A stretch of 64,000 nt of DNA from Gammaproteobacteria bacterium (GTDB lineage: Bacteria; Pseudomonadota; Gammaproteobacteria; Steroidobacterales; Rariloculaceae). The position numbers and the translations under genes are program-made. The notes below the pieces were generated by a model. That model saw only the letters and a program-made list of their open reading frames with translations, was not told where the DNA came from and searched no databases. The stretch covers positions 45,733-109,732 of the forward strand of contig DATKCK010000005.1 of assembly GCA_035513215.1 (NCBI GenBank), in the 5' to 3' direction. Positions 38,053 through 48,068 of the stretch are shown piece after piece (position 1 is the first letter of the stretch; each line of letters opens with the position of its first letter).

Positions 38053-38997
38053 ATGTCGGCACACTATCGGCCACTGACTCATCGGACCGGTCTTTTTCTG
38101 CTGGCGCTGCTCGCGATCGGCATCGTCGGCGCCACTCTCGCTCAGCCGCCGGGTGGCCGCGGCAGGGGCGGCGCCTTGTTCAACCCGACGGGCGAAGCCG
38201 AGGTGCCGCCGTCGGTCGCGATGCCGCGGCCGGGCGAAGCGGATCTCGCCAGGGCGCGGGAGCTGTTCGACGAGTTCATGAGCGGGCTCGGCGGCGAAGA
38301 TCGCGCGCTGCTCGAGCGTTACCCGCGAATGCTCGAAGTCGAGATGCCGGTGAACACGGCGATCGTGCCGAATCTGGCGCCGTTCTTCCGCGCCAAGCAT
38401 GAGCAGAACCTCGAGGTGGCGCAAGCCGGCGACGTCGAGCTCTTGCTGATGGGCGACTCGATCACGGACTTCTGGCGCAACGAGGCGGGCCCGTTCGCCG
38501 GCAAGCCCGTCCTCGACGAGTATTTCGGCCACTGGAAGATCGCCAACTTCGGCATCGCCGGCGATACGACCGAGGGCGTGCTCTATCGTCTTCAGAACGG
38601 TGAGGGCGAGGGCTTCAGCCCGGGCGCGGTCATGCTGATGATCGGCACGAACAACACCGGTCGCAACAGCGCGGCCGAGATCGCCGAAGGCGTCGGCGCC
38701 GTTGTGCTCGAGCTCGAGCAAGGCTTTCCGGAGGCCGAGATTCTGCTGCTAGGGATCTTCCCGCGCGGCGACGCGAGCGATCCCCGGCGCGGCATGATTG
38801 CCGAGATCAACGCAATCGTTTCCGGTCTCGACGAACGCGAGCGCGTGCATTATCTCGACATCGGCGAGGTTTTCCTCGATGCCGACGGCAACATTCCGGC
38901 CGATATCATGAGCGACGGGCTGCATCCGGGGCCTGAGGGCTATCGGCTCTGGGCGGAAGCCGTCGACGCGCCGCTGACCGAGCTGATGGCAAATTGA
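38053..38997 (+). CDS. SGNH/GDSL-family hydrolase (probable carbohydrate acetylesterase)
   Basis: Signal/anchor MSAHYRPLTHRTGLFLLALLAIGIVGA. Block I LLLMGDSITDFW, block III MLMIGTNNTG, block V SDGLHPGPEGY. Confidence 0.8.
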   Translation: MSAHYRPLTHRTGLFLLALLAIGIVGATLAQPPGGRGRGGALFNPTGEAEVPPSVAMPRPGEADLARARELFDEFMSGLGGEDRALLERYPRMLEVEMPVNTAIVPNLAPFFRAKHEQNLEVAQAGDVELLLMGDSITDFWRNEAGPFAGKPVLDEYFGHWKIANFGIAGDTTEGVLYRLQNGEGEGFSPGAVMLMIGTNNTGRNSAAEIAEGVGAVVLELEQGFPEAEILLLGIFPRGDASDPRRGMIAEINAIVSGLDERERVHYLDIGEVFLDADGNIPADIMSDGLHPGPEGYRLWAEAVDAPLTELMAN

Positions 38998-39407
38998 TAC
39001 GACAATCGCTGTTCGTCGATGACGATCCGGTTTTGCATCGCAACAAGCAGGCTGCGCTGCGCATCATGCGCGAGCTCTTGCAGTGCAACCAGTGGGACCG
39101 TGCCGGCGAGTGGCTGACCGAGCGCTACATTCAGCACAACCCGAACGCTGAGTCGGGGCTTGCCGGTGTCGTCTATTACTTCACCGAGGTCCTCGGCCGG
39201 GAGCCGACCGCGACCTGCGATGAGCTGACGACTCCGGTCGTGGCCGTCATGGCCGAGGACGATCTCGTCACGGTGATCCTGCCGCGCGAATACGATCATC
39301 CGACGAACGAAGGCGAGAGCTATACGACGACGTGGTTCGACACCTGGCGTTTCGTCGACGGCAAGGCCGACGAGCACTGGGATCCCGCGCAGATTCCGGC
39401 GCCCTAG
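38994..39407 (+). CDS. NTF2-fold / SnoaL-like protein
   Basis: NKQAALRIMRELLQCNQWDRAGEWLTERYIQHNPNAESG...DTWRFVDGKADEHWD. The apparent TTG start overlaps the upstream TGA, so the start is uncertain. Confidence 0.6.
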   Translation: MIRQSLFVDDDPVLHRNKQAALRIMRELLQCNQWDRAGEWLTERYIQHNPNAESGLAGVVYYFTEVLGREPTATCDELTTPVVAVMAEDDLVTVILPREYDHPTNEGESYTTTWFDTWRFVDGKADEHWDPAQIPAP

Positions 39408-39446
39408 GCGAAGCGGGCGGATCAGGGACGTCGACGAAGCCCGCGC

Positions 39447-41117
39447 TCAGCCGATCCAGAACGAGAAGTAGATATAGATCAGCGCGACGAGGCCGAGCAC
39501 GACGCCGGTCGCCACGACGTCCCTGAAGTCCCAGCTCGCGCGCACGGCCCGGCGATCGAGCGTCGAGAACGTCAGGCCCCTGATTCGCTCCGGGTCGGGC
39601 GCCGCGCCCGAGAGCGAGGCGGCGACGATGACGATGACGCAGATCAGGAACAGCACGCCCGAGAAGTAGAGAAAGTTGAAGTCGCCGATCGCCGCCAGCA
39701 CGACCGGCGATTCGATCTTTCCGGCGCCGAACAGGCTCTGGAGCACGAGCTTGCCCATGCCGAGCACGAAGCCGATCGCAAGGCCGAAGACCGCGCCGCG
39801 ATTGTTGATGCGGTTGCTGAAGATTCCGAGCAGGAACACCGCGGTGATCGGCGGAGCGATGTACTGCTGCACGTTCTGGAGGTACTGGTAGAGGCCGCCC
39901 TCCGATATCCGCGGCATGATCGGGATCCAGAGCAGCCCCAGCCCGACGACGACGATCGTCGCAGCGCGGCCGACGTTCACATACGCATGCTCGCTCGCGC
40001 CGGGCCTGAGCTTCTCGTAGACGTCGACGGTGAACAGCGTTGCCGTCGAGTTGAAGATCGACGACAGCGAGCTCATCAGCGCGGCCATGAGGCCGGCGAC
40101 GACGAGACCGCGCAGCCCCGCGGGCAGTAGCGTCGTCACGAGGGTGGGAAATACCTGGTCGCCGTTCAGACCGCCCGCCGAATCGGTGGGAATCGCGATC
40201 AGTCCCCTGGCGTTGAGAGCGGCGCCGATGAGCCCCGGCACGAGGAAGATCAGGACCGGCCAGACCTTCAGAAATGCGCCCCAGATAGCGCCGCGCCGCG
40301 CTGCCCGAAGATCCTTCGCCGCGAGCGTGCGCTGCACGATGTACTGATCGGTGCACCAGTACCAGATGCCGACGATGGGCGAGGCGATCAGAATGCCGAG
40401 CCACGGAAAGTCGGGATCCGACAACGGGCGCCAGAGTGCGTAGTCGACGACGTTCTCGGCCGCGAATGCGCGCAGCTCGCCCCAGCCGCCGAGGAGCTCG
40501 AGGCCAAACAGCGTGATCGCGGCCGAGCCGATCAGAAGAATGATTGCCTGCGCCGCGTCGGTGTACAGCACGGCACGCAGCCCACCGGCGACGGTATAAA
40601 GACCCGTCAGCACGACCGTGGCGACGGCGCCGAACCAGAAGGCGTTTTGCGGGCTGCCGAAGGTGTCGGGCAGCAGCGTGCTGAAGACGATGGCGCCCGC
40701 ATAGATCGTGACCGAGACCTTGGTCAGCACGTATGCCGCGAGCGAGACCAGCGAGAGGATCCAGCGCGGTTTCGACCCGAACCGGCGCTCGAGAAACTCC
40801 GGCATCGTGAAGACTTTCGATTGGTAGTAAAACGGGACGAACACCCAGGCGAGCAGCATGACGATCCAGGCGTGCAGCTCGTAGTGCGCCATGGCGAGGC
40901 CCGTCGTCGCGCCCTGGCCCGCGAGGCCGACGATGTGCTCGGAGCCGATGTTCGAGGCGAAGATAGAGGCGCCTATGGCGAAGAAGCCGATGTTGCGACC
41001 GGCGAGGAAGTAGTCCGTCGTCGTGTCCTGCCGCCGCGCGGCAGCGACGACGATCCCGACGAGCACGATGAAGTAGGCCCCGATCACGGCCCAGTCGATC
41101 GCTGTCAGCGTTGCCAT
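39447..41117 (-). CDS. Sodium:solute symporter (SSS family, SGLT-like sugar transporter)
   Basis: ATG at 41117. MATLTAIDWAVIGAYFIVLVGIVVAAARRQDTTTDYFLAGRNIGFFAIGASIFASNIGSEHIVGLAGQGATTG. ~13-14 TM helices. Confidence 0.85.
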   Translation of the reverse strand: MATLTAIDWAVIGAYFIVLVGIVVAAARRQDTTTDYFLAGRNIGFFAIGASIFASNIGSEHIVGLAGQGATTGLAMAHYELHAWIVMLLAWVFVPFYYQSKVFTMPEFLERRFGSKPRWILSLVSLAAYVLTKVSVTIYAGAIVFSTLLPDTFGSPQNAFWFGAVATVVLTGLYTVAGGLRAVLYTDAAQAIILLIGSAAITLFGLELLGGWGELRAFAAENVVDYALWRPLSDPDFPWLGILIASPIVGIWYWCTDQYIVQRTLAAKDLRAARRGAIWGAFLKVWPVLIFLVPGLIGAALNARGLIAIPTDSAGGLNGDQVFPTLVTTLLPAGLRGLVVAGLMAALMSSLSSIFNSTATLFTVDVYEKLRPGASEHAYVNVGRAATIVVVGLGLLWIPIMPRISEGGLYQYLQNVQQYIAPPITAVFLLGIFSNRINNRGAVFGLAIGFVLGMGKLVLQSLFGAGKIESPVVLAAIGDFNFLYFSGVLFLICVIVIVAASLSGAAPDPERIRGLTFSTLDRRAVRASWDFRDVVATGVVLGLVALIYIYFSFWIG

Positions 41118-41254
41118 CGGTCGCGGTTCTTGTCGTGGAATCGGAGCCGCATTGTGGCGCCTGCGGCGGCCGCCCACAACGCTTGCGCGGCGGGACGATC
41201 GGCGCCTAGACTGAGTCGCGCGCCGACACGGCAGAGATACGGACGACACGAACA

Positions 41255-42388
41255 ATGAACCGACGCCCGCGATTTGCGCTGATCATTCTTTCGGCATTCC
41301 TGCTCGCGAGCGGCACGGCTCTCGCCCAGCGCGGCGGTCCGCCGCCTCTGCGATCGCCCGAGCTCACGGCAGGCGGCGACGTCATTCTGAGGCTGAGGGC
41401 ACCCGAGGCCGGGACCGTTCGCCTGACGAGCGGCGGCGACATACCGGGCCTCAATCCCGGCGTCGGCGCCGATCTGACGAAGAACGCCGATGACGTCTGG
41501 GAGATCACGCTCGAGGCGCTCGAGCCCGGCGCATTTCGCTACAACTTCAACGTCGACGGCGTCGCGACACTCGATCCGGGCAACCGTCTGACGAGCGAAT
41601 CGAACGGCAATGCCTGGAGCCTGTTTCATGTGCCGGGGCACGCCTTCATGGACACGCAGCGCGTGCCGCACGGGGCCGTCAGCGAGGTGACCTACTGGTC
41701 GGAGACGCTCGGCATGCATCGGCGCATGCATGTCTACACGCCGCCGGGCTACGAAACCGACCGCGCTCGCTATCCGGTGTTCTATCTGCTGCACGGCGCC
41801 GGCGACAGCGACAACTCGTGGTCCACTGTCGGCCGGGCCGGGTTCATCATGGACAACCTCATCGCGGCCGGCGATGCCGTGCCGATGATCGTCGTGATGC
41901 CGCATGGCCATCAGCCGGCGCCGTCCGGCGGGCCGGGCGGCATGCAGATCGCCGCGTTCGCCGACGAGTTCGCCGCCGACGTCAAGCCGCATGTCGAAGC
42001 GAACTACCGCGTTCGCGACGGCCGCGCCGACACGGCGATCGCCGGACTATCGATGGGCGGCGCGCATTCGCTCGAGATCGCGATGTCGGATCTTGGCGAC
42101 TACGGCTTTGTCGGCGTCTTCAGCTCGGGCGTTTTCGGCATCGACGACAACGACGATTTTGTGACCGAGCACAGGGCTGCACTCGAGAATGCGTCACTGA
42201 AGAACGGCCTCGAGTATTTCTGGTTCGGAATCGGCGACGAGGATTTCCTGCTCGACACGGCGAAGGCCACGGTCGACATGTTCCGCGAGAGTGGCTTCGA
42301 CGTCGTTTATCACGAGTCGGGCGGCGGACATACCTGGATGAACTGGCGCGACTATCTCCACGACTTCGCGCAGCGTCTCTTTCGCTGA
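41255..42388 (+). CDS. Exported esterase (CE1/esterase-D-like alpha/beta hydrolase with N-terminal Ig-like domain)
   Basis: Signal peptide MNRRPRFALIILSAFLLASGTALA. YPVFYLLHGAGDSDNSW. Nucleophile elbow GLSMGGAHS. C-terminal YHESGGGHTW. Confidence 0.8.
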   Translation: MNRRPRFALIILSAFLLASGTALAQRGGPPPLRSPELTAGGDVILRLRAPEAGTVRLTSGGDIPGLNPGVGADLTKNADDVWEITLEALEPGAFRYNFNVDGVATLDPGNRLTSESNGNAWSLFHVPGHAFMDTQRVPHGAVSEVTYWSETLGMHRRMHVYTPPGYETDRARYPVFYLLHGAGDSDNSWSTVGRAGFIMDNLIAAGDAVPMIVVMPHGHQPAPSGGPGGMQIAAFADEFAADVKPHVEANYRVRDGRADTAIAGLSMGGAHSLEIAMSDLGDYGFVGVFSSGVFGIDDNDDFVTEHRAALENASLKNGLEYFWFGIGDEDFLLDTAKATVDMFRESGFDVVYHESGGGHTWMNWRDYLHDFAQRLFR

Positions 42389-42413
42389 GCCGCTGCGCCC
42401 GGCCTGACCGCCG

Positions 42414-43196
42414 ATGTTTCCGATCCGAGACGACAATCCGCAGATCCTGACGCCCTATGCTACCTATGTGATCATCGGGCTCAATGTTGTCGTCTGGGTC
42501 TTCATCCAGGGATTCGGCGCGGCGCAGCCGCTCGCGGGCTCGATCTGCGCGTTCGGCCTCGTGCCGGCGCAGTTGCTGCAGTCGCTTCCGGCCGGGGCCG
42601 TCGTGCCTCTCGGCGACGGCCTCGTCTGCGAGCTCGGCGGGGGGTCCGGCTGGTACACGCCCGTCACGTCGATGTTCATGCATGGCGGCTGGATGCACAT
42701 CATCGGCAACATGTGGTTTCTGTGGATCTTCGGCAACAACGTCGAGGACGCGATGGGGACGCGCCGATTCGTCATCTTCTATCTGCTCTGCGGCCTCGCC
42801 GCCGCGGCGGTTCAGATCGCGGCGAACCCCGATTCCACGGTGCCGATGGTCGGCGCCTCGGGCGCTATCGGCGGCGTCATGGGTGCCTACATCCTGCTCT
42901 ATCCCAGGGTCCACCTGCATATGCTGTTGCCGCTCGGCTTCTTCATCACGACGTTCGCCGTTCCGGCCGTCTTCATGCTGGCCTACTGGCTGCTGGTTCA
43001 GCTCGTCAGCGGGGTCCTGTCGCTCGGCGCTCAGGGCGGCGGTGTCGCATTCTGGGCGCATGTCGGAGGCTTCGTGGCAGGCATGGTCTTGATCCTGGCG
43101 TTTCGCGACAAGACACTACTGGCCCGGCATCCGTATCATGGCTGGCGGCAGAAGAGATCCCCGACGCGAAGCTGGCATCAAATCGACCGAAGATGA
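42414..43196 (+). CDS. Rhomboid-family intramembrane serine protease
   Basis: HGGWMHIIGNMWFLWIFG, GASGAIGGVMGAY (catalytic Ser), FWAHVGGFVAG (catalytic His). Confidence 0.88.
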   Translation: MFPIRDDNPQILTPYATYVIIGLNVVVWVFIQGFGAAQPLAGSICAFGLVPAQLLQSLPAGAVVPLGDGLVCELGGGSGWYTPVTSMFMHGGWMHIIGNMWFLWIFGNNVEDAMGTRRFVIFYLLCGLAAAAVQIAANPDSTVPMVGASGAIGGVMGAYILLYPRVHLHMLLPLGFFITTFAVPAVFMLAYWLLVQLVSGVLSLGAQGGGVAFWAHVGGFVAGMVLILAFRDKTLLARHPYHGWRQKRSPTRSWHQIDRR

Positions 43197-44098
43197 AAAA
43201 GATCCTGGCGGTGCTCGGCACCGAGGCGGAGAACGAGGCCCTGGTCGCGCGGCTGGTCGACCTGGCCGACACGGGAACAGCAGCCGAGCTTCTGACGATC
43301 GTCCATGAGCCGCATCTCGACGGCTACCTCGGCAATACCGAGATCTACGAGCCGCTGCGCAGACGCCTCGTCGACGAGGAGGCCGGCAAGGCGGCGGCGT
43401 ACGCCCAGAGGCTCAGGACCAAGGGCATCGACGTCACGACGAAGGCAATCTGGGACTGGCCGCGCGGCGATGCCATTCAGCGCGAGGCGTTCTCGGTCGG
43501 CGCCGACGCCATCGTCCTGACATTCGGGCTCGGCGAGCGCCGGCACATCGGGTCGCGCGACTGGCGCTTCCTCGCCGAGTGCCCGCTGCCGATACTCGTC
43601 GTCACGAGCGACGGCAAAGCGCGCTACTCGAAGATCGTCGCCGCCGTCGACCCGGTGCATGCGCATGCGAAGCCCGCCGAGCTCGACCGGACTATCGCGG
43701 CAACGGCCGTGGCCGTCGGCAAGCGGGCCGGCGGCTCGGTCTCTCTCGTGCACTGTTACGTGCCGCTCGCCAGCTACGGCGCGCATGACGAAGACGCCGA
43801 TCGTCTGCCGCTGAACGATGCCGAGCAGGCGCTCGAACGGTCGCGCCGGGAGGCGCTGCGGAAACTGGCGGCCGATGCAGGCCTCGACCCGGACGCCGGC
43901 ACCCGTCTCGTCGAGGGCGATCCCGTCAGAGCTCTCGAGAGCCTGGCTGCCGATGGTGAAGCCGACCTGATCGTCCTCGGGGCACTTTCGCGCGGCAAGC
44001 TCGCCGATCTCATCATCGGCAGCACGGCCGAAAAGCTGTTGCACCGCGCACGCGCCGATCTCCTGCTCGTCAAGCCCGCCGCCGCCAAGAGTCGGTAA
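43193..44098 (+). CDS. Tandem universal stress protein (UspE-like)
   Basis: ATG at 43193 overlaps the rhomboid TGA (ATGA). Two USP halves. C-terminal ...ADLIVLGALSRGKLADLIIGSTAEKLLHRARADLLLVKP. Confidence 0.8.
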   Translation: MKKILAVLGTEAENEALVARLVDLADTGTAAELLTIVHEPHLDGYLGNTEIYEPLRRRLVDEEAGKAAAYAQRLRTKGIDVTTKAIWDWPRGDAIQREAFSVGADAIVLTFGLGERRHIGSRDWRFLAECPLPILVVTSDGKARYSKIVAAVDPVHAHAKPAELDRTIAATAVAVGKRAGGSVSLVHCYVPLASYGAHDEDADRLPLNDAEQALERSRREALRKLAADAGLDPDAGTRLVEGDPVRALESLAADGEADLIVLGALSRGKLADLIIGSTAEKLLHRARADLLLVKPAAAKSR

Positions 44099-44113
44099 GC
44101 CGGTTCGGATTCG

Positions 44114-45544
44114 ATGGATATCTCAGGCGGCCATCGGGCGCGTCGATTGATCGAGTGTTGCCGCTTCGTCACGGACTCCGTTCGCGAGGCCATGGTCGCC
44201 GGCGAGCGCGACTACACGAGCGGGGGCATCGGCCGGGCACTGTTTCTGCTCGCGATCCCGATGGTGCTCGAGATGGGCATGGAGTCGATCTTCGTGCTCG
44301 TCGACATCTTCTTCGTGTCCAGGCTCGGGTCCGACGCCGTCGCGGCGGTCGGCCTGACCGAAGCGGCGTTGACGCTGCTTTATGCCGTTGCGATCGGCCT
44401 CAGCATGGGCGCAACGGCGCTCGTGGCGCGGCGCATCGGCGAGGGCGATCGGGACGCGGCACGCGCGACCGCCGGTCAGGTCCTCTGGGTCGGGGCCGTG
44501 CTCTCGGTCGTCATCGGCCTGCCCGGGATCGTATTCGCGGCGGACTTCCTGCGGCTCATGGGCGCGGAGGAGGCGGTTCTGCTCATCGGTCCCGGCTACA
44601 CGGCGACGATGCTCGGCGGATCGGTGACGATCCTGATGCTGTTCCTGCTGAACGCCGTCTTTCGCGGCGCCGGCAACGCCGTCATTGCGATGCGGGCGCT
44701 CTGGGTCGCGAACGGCATCAACATCGTGCTCGATCCCTGCCTGATATTCGGCTTAGGGCCCTTCCCCGAGCTCGGCGTGACGGGCGCGGCGATCGCGACC
44801 AACATCGGCCGCGGAGTCGGCGTCGTTTATCTGATTCGCGCCTTGACGGGAGGCAAGGCCAGCTTTGGGCTCGGGCTCGCCGATCTGCGCTTGAGAACGG
44901 CATTGATGCTGCGCCTGCTTCGGGTTTCCGTGCCGGGCGCGATCCAGTTCTCGATCGCCATGTCGAGCTACGTCTTTCTGATGCGCATCGTGGCGGCTTA
45001 CGGCAGCGATGCCGTCGCGGGACTGACGATCGGCGTGCGCATTTTCGCGTTTACGTTTCTGCCGGCCTGGGGCCTCGGCAACGCCGCCGCGACGCTCGTC
45101 GGCCAGAATCTCGGCGCCGGGCAGCCCGAGAGAGCCGAGCGCTCCGTCTGGATGGCGGCGCGCTGGAACGCGGCCTTCCTGGTCAGCGTGGCGATCGTCT
45201 TCGTCGTTTGGCCGGGAATGTTTGCCGCTCCGTTTACCGAGAATCCGGCCGTCATCGACTACGTCGCGGATTGCCTCAGAATCGTGAGCCTCGGCTACGG
45301 CTTCTACGCCGTCGGCATGATCGTAACCCAGGCGTTCAACGGCGCCGGCGATACCGATACGCCGACCTTCATCAACCTGTTTTGCCTGTGGCTCGTCCAG
45401 CTGCCGCTGGCCTGGTGGCTGTCGCAGGTCGTCGGCTGGGGCCCGTCGGGCGTGTTCGCCTCGATCGCGATCTCCGATTCGCTCGTGGCTTTCGTCGCCG
45501 TCGTAATCTTTCGGCGCGGCCGCTGGAAGTTGCGCACCGTCTAG
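44114..45544 (+). CDS. MATE-family efflux transporter
   Basis: LLAIPMVLEMGMESIFVLVDIFFVSRLG... and 12 TM helices. The likelier start is the ATG at 44192 (MVAGERDY...). Confidence 0.85.
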   Translation: MDISGGHRARRLIECCRFVTDSVREAMVAGERDYTSGGIGRALFLLAIPMVLEMGMESIFVLVDIFFVSRLGSDAVAAVGLTEAALTLLYAVAIGLSMGATALVARRIGEGDRDAARATAGQVLWVGAVLSVVIGLPGIVFAADFLRLMGAEEAVLLIGPGYTATMLGGSVTILMLFLLNAVFRGAGNAVIAMRALWVANGINIVLDPCLIFGLGPFPELGVTGAAIATNIGRGVGVVYLIRALTGGKASFGLGLADLRLRTALMLRLLRVSVPGAIQFSIAMSSYVFLMRIVAAYGSDAVAGLTIGVRIFAFTFLPAWGLGNAAATLVGQNLGAGQPERAERSVWMAARWNAAFLVSVAIVFVVWPGMFAAPFTENPAVIDYVADCLRIVSLGYGFYAVGMIVTQAFNGAGDTDTPTFINLFCLWLVQLPLAWWLSQVVGWGPSGVFASIAISDSLVAFVAVVIFRRGRWKLRTV

Positions 45545-45591
45545 CCTGACAGCCGACGCGCCCGCGTCCGGCCGTCGGCGGGCGGGTCAGG
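45545..45591. terminator. Imperfect two-helix GC hairpin between convergent MATE and AI-2E genes
   Basis: cctgac(45545-50) pairs with gtcagg(45586-91), and gccgacg(45552-58) pairs with cgtcggc(45573-79). It is followed by a short TTT on the + strand and overlaps the AI-2E stop codon. Confidence 0.35.
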
Positions 45592-46642
45592 TTTCACCCG
45601 AGTCGACGTACTCATCCTCGGCCATTTCCCAAACGCTGAGAAAGAAGGCCGCGATGATGGGCCCGATGACTATCCCGGAGATTCCGAAAGCCGTGAGCCC
45701 GCCGAGTGTCGACAACAGGATCAGGTAGTCGGGCATGCGTGTGTCGCGGCCGACGAGCACGGGCCTCAGCACATTGTCGACGAGCCCGATGACGAGCGAG
45801 CCGACGACGATCATGATGATGCCGGACCAGATGCTGCCGTTGACGATCAGGATGATCGCGGCCGGCAGCCAGATCAGCCCGGGCCCGACGGCCGGAATGA
45901 TGCTGAGGAAAGCCATGACGACGCCCCAGAGCACGGGCGCGCCGATGCCGAGCGCCGCGAACAGGATGCCCCCGATCGCGCCCTGCACGATGCCGACGAC
46001 GATCGTGCCCTTGATCGTCGCTCTGGAGACCGCGGCGAAGCGCTCGAGCAGGTGGCGTTCGCGCTCGTCGCCGAAGGGCAGCGCGCGGATTATGCCTTCG
46101 ACGATCTTCTCGCCGTCCCGCATGAAGAAATAGAGCAGGTACAGCATCAGAAAGAAATAGACGGCGATGCGAATCGTATCCTGCCCGATCCCGACGGCGC
46201 GCGTGGCAACGAACTGGCTGATCGTAACGGCGGACGAGGCGAGCTGGGATTGCATGCGCTCGATGTCGACGCCGAGCGATTCGGCGGTCTCGACGAGGAG
46301 CGGCAACTGCTGCTCGATCCAGTCGATCGTCCCCGAAACGTTAATCTCGTTGTCGCGAAGCCGTTCATAAAGGCCGGCCGCCTCGCTGGCGACCGCGGTG
46401 ACGAGAGCACTGAGCGGCAGCACGACGATGAGCAGGATGATCAGCACGCTCGCTACCGCGGCCAGCCTCGTGCGCCCCTTGAGCAGCTCGCCGAGCTTGC
46501 GTTGCATCGGGAAGAACACGATGCCGAGCGCTACGGCCCAGAAGATCGGCTGCACGAATCCGCGCACGAGCCAGATGAACGCCGCCGTGACGGCGATCAG
46601 CAGCACGGCGAAGAAAACTCTCTGTGCCGTGCCGTCATTCAT
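45587..46642 (-). CDS. AI-2E family transporter (PerM/YhhT-like)
   Basis: 8-TM pattern with the family C-terminal block ...LIGLVDNVLRPVLVGRDTRMPDYLILLSTLGGLTAFGISGIVIGPII. Confidence 0.85.
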   Translation of the reverse strand: MNDGTAQRVFFAVLLIAVTAAFIWLVRGFVQPIFWAVALGIVFFPMQRKLGELLKGRTRLAAVASVLIILLIVVLPLSALVTAVASEAAGLYERLRDNEINVSGTIDWIEQQLPLLVETAESLGVDIERMQSQLASSAVTISQFVATRAVGIGQDTIRIAVYFFLMLYLLYFFMRDGEKIVEGIIRALPFGDERERHLLERFAAVSRATIKGTIVVGIVQGAIGGILFAALGIGAPVLWGVVMAFLSIIPAVGPGLIWLPAAIILIVNGSIWSGIIMIVVGSLVIGLVDNVLRPVLVGRDTRMPDYLILLSTLGGLTAFGISGIVIGPIIAAFFLSVWEMAEDEYVDSGET

Positions 46643-48047
46643 TCCCCGCCGCCTTCCTCGATTTTTTGAACAGAATCAGTCGCTCCGCAAGCGTTCTTTC
46701 GAAGCCGAGCGGGCCCGGCCGGTACCATTCGGCATCCGTCAGCGCATCGGGCAGATAGCGCTGACCGGCCGCGAGCCCGCCCTCGTCGTGATCATACCGG
46801 TAGCCGGCACCGAAACCCGCCTCCTTCATCAGGCGCGTCGGCGCATTGCGCAGATGCAGCGGCACGAGTTCCGCGGGGACGGCCTCGGCTGCCGCCCGCG
46901 CCTCGCTCCATGCCGTATAGATTCGGTTCGACTTGGGCGCGGTGGCGAGATAGACGGCGGCCTCGGCGATCGCGAGCTCCCCTTCAGGCGAGCCGAGCAC
47001 GCGGTAGGTCTCGTTCGCCGCCAGCGCGACCGACAGCGCGCGCGGATCGGCGAGACCTATGTCCTCGGTGGCCATCCGGATCAGGCGCCTCAGTATGTAG
47101 CGCGGGTCCTCACCGCCGCCGAGCATGCGCGCGAGCCAGTACAGCGCGCCTTCGACATCGCTGCCGCGAACGGACTTGTGCAGGGCCGAGATCTGGTTGA
47201 AATGCTCGTCGCCCGACTTGTCGAGCAGCATCGGACGCCGTTCGATCACCTGCGCGACCATCGCCGCCGTCACGCGTGTCTCGTCTTCGCCGCCTGAGCG
47301 AGCTCCGGCGAAATGATGCCACAAGGCCTCGGCGGCGCTGATCGCGCGCCTCGCATCGCCTTCGGCCAGTTTCGCGATGAGGCCGATCGCATCGGCGTCG
47401 AATGCGAGCGATCCCCGTGGCTCACGACCGAGCAAGGCCGCAGCGTCGATGACGATACGCTCGAGCTCTTCCGCGGGTATCGGCTCGAGGACGTGGACCC
47501 GCAGGCGCGAAAGCAGGGCGTTGTTGAGCTCGAAGGATGGATTCTCGGTCGTCGCGCCGATCAGCGTGATGACACCCCTCTCGACATGAGGCAGAAAAGC
47601 GTCCTGCTGCGCTTTGTTGAACCGATGAATCTCGTCACAAAACAGTATCGTGCCGCGACCTTCGCTTCTCGACCGCGTCTCGGCCTCGCCGATGATCTCC
47701 CGCACGCGCGCCACGCCTTCGGTAACGGCGCTGAAGTTCGCGTAGTGCCGGTCGAGGCTCTCGGCGATCAGCAGGGCGAGCGTGGTCTTGCCGCAGCCCG
47801 GCGGGCCCCAGAGCACCATGCTCTCGATTTTGCCGCGGCGTATGGCCTCGCCGAGGGGCCTGCCGGGCCCGACGAGATGGGCCTGGCCCCGAAAAGCCTC
47901 TAGCGTTTTCGGCCGCATCCGGTGAGCGAGCGGCGCCGTGCGATCGCTCAAGTCCGGGAAAAGTTGCGCATCTAAGGCCAGCGGATCCCTGCCCTGACTC
48001 TCGAGAATGTGACGGATTCTAAACCTTTGCCTTTTCAGTTGTGACAT
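46635..48047 (-). CDS. rarA: Replication-associated recombination protein A (AAA+ ATPase)
   Basis: RMRPKTLEAFRGQAHLVGPG, Walker A GPPGCGKTTLA, DEIHRFNKAQQDAFLPHVE, C-terminal GYRYDHDEGG..QRYLP. ATG at 48047. The 567-aa ORF-track extension is antisense to the GGT gene. Confidence 0.88.
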   Translation of the reverse strand: MSQLKRQRFRIRHILESQGRDPLALDAQLFPDLSDRTAPLAHRMRPKTLEAFRGQAHLVGPGRPLGEAIRRGKIESMVLWGPPGCGKTTLALLIAESLDRHYANFSAVTEGVARVREIIGEAETRSRSEGRGTILFCDEIHRFNKAQQDAFLPHVERGVITLIGATTENPSFELNNALLSRLRVHVLEPIPAEELERIVIDAAALLGREPRGSLAFDADAIGLIAKLAEGDARRAISAAEALWHHFAGARSGGEDETRVTAAMVAQVIERRPMLLDKSGDEHFNQISALHKSVRGSDVEGALYWLARMLGGGEDPRYILRRLIRMATEDIGLADPRALSVALAANETYRVLGSPEGELAIAEAAVYLATAPKSNRIYTAWSEARAAAEAVPAELVPLHLRNAPTRLMKEAGFGAGYRYDHDEGGLAAGQRYLPDALTDAEWYRPGPLGFERTLAERLILFKKSRKAAGNE

Positions 48048-48068
48048 CACGCGGGTATCCTTGCAGCC

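Noticed and set aside
36406-38721. A 771-aa minus-strand ORF. Similar long antisense ORFs occur at 24558..26345, 55390..56889, 57901..59151, 59278..60393, 12813..14170 and elsewhere.
   Set aside because: All lie opposite genes with strong family signatures (aguA, PQQ dehydrogenase, murJ, ileS, rimK). They have Arg/Asp/Gly-dominated composition with no motifs. Stop-codon scarcity in GC-rich DNA explains them.
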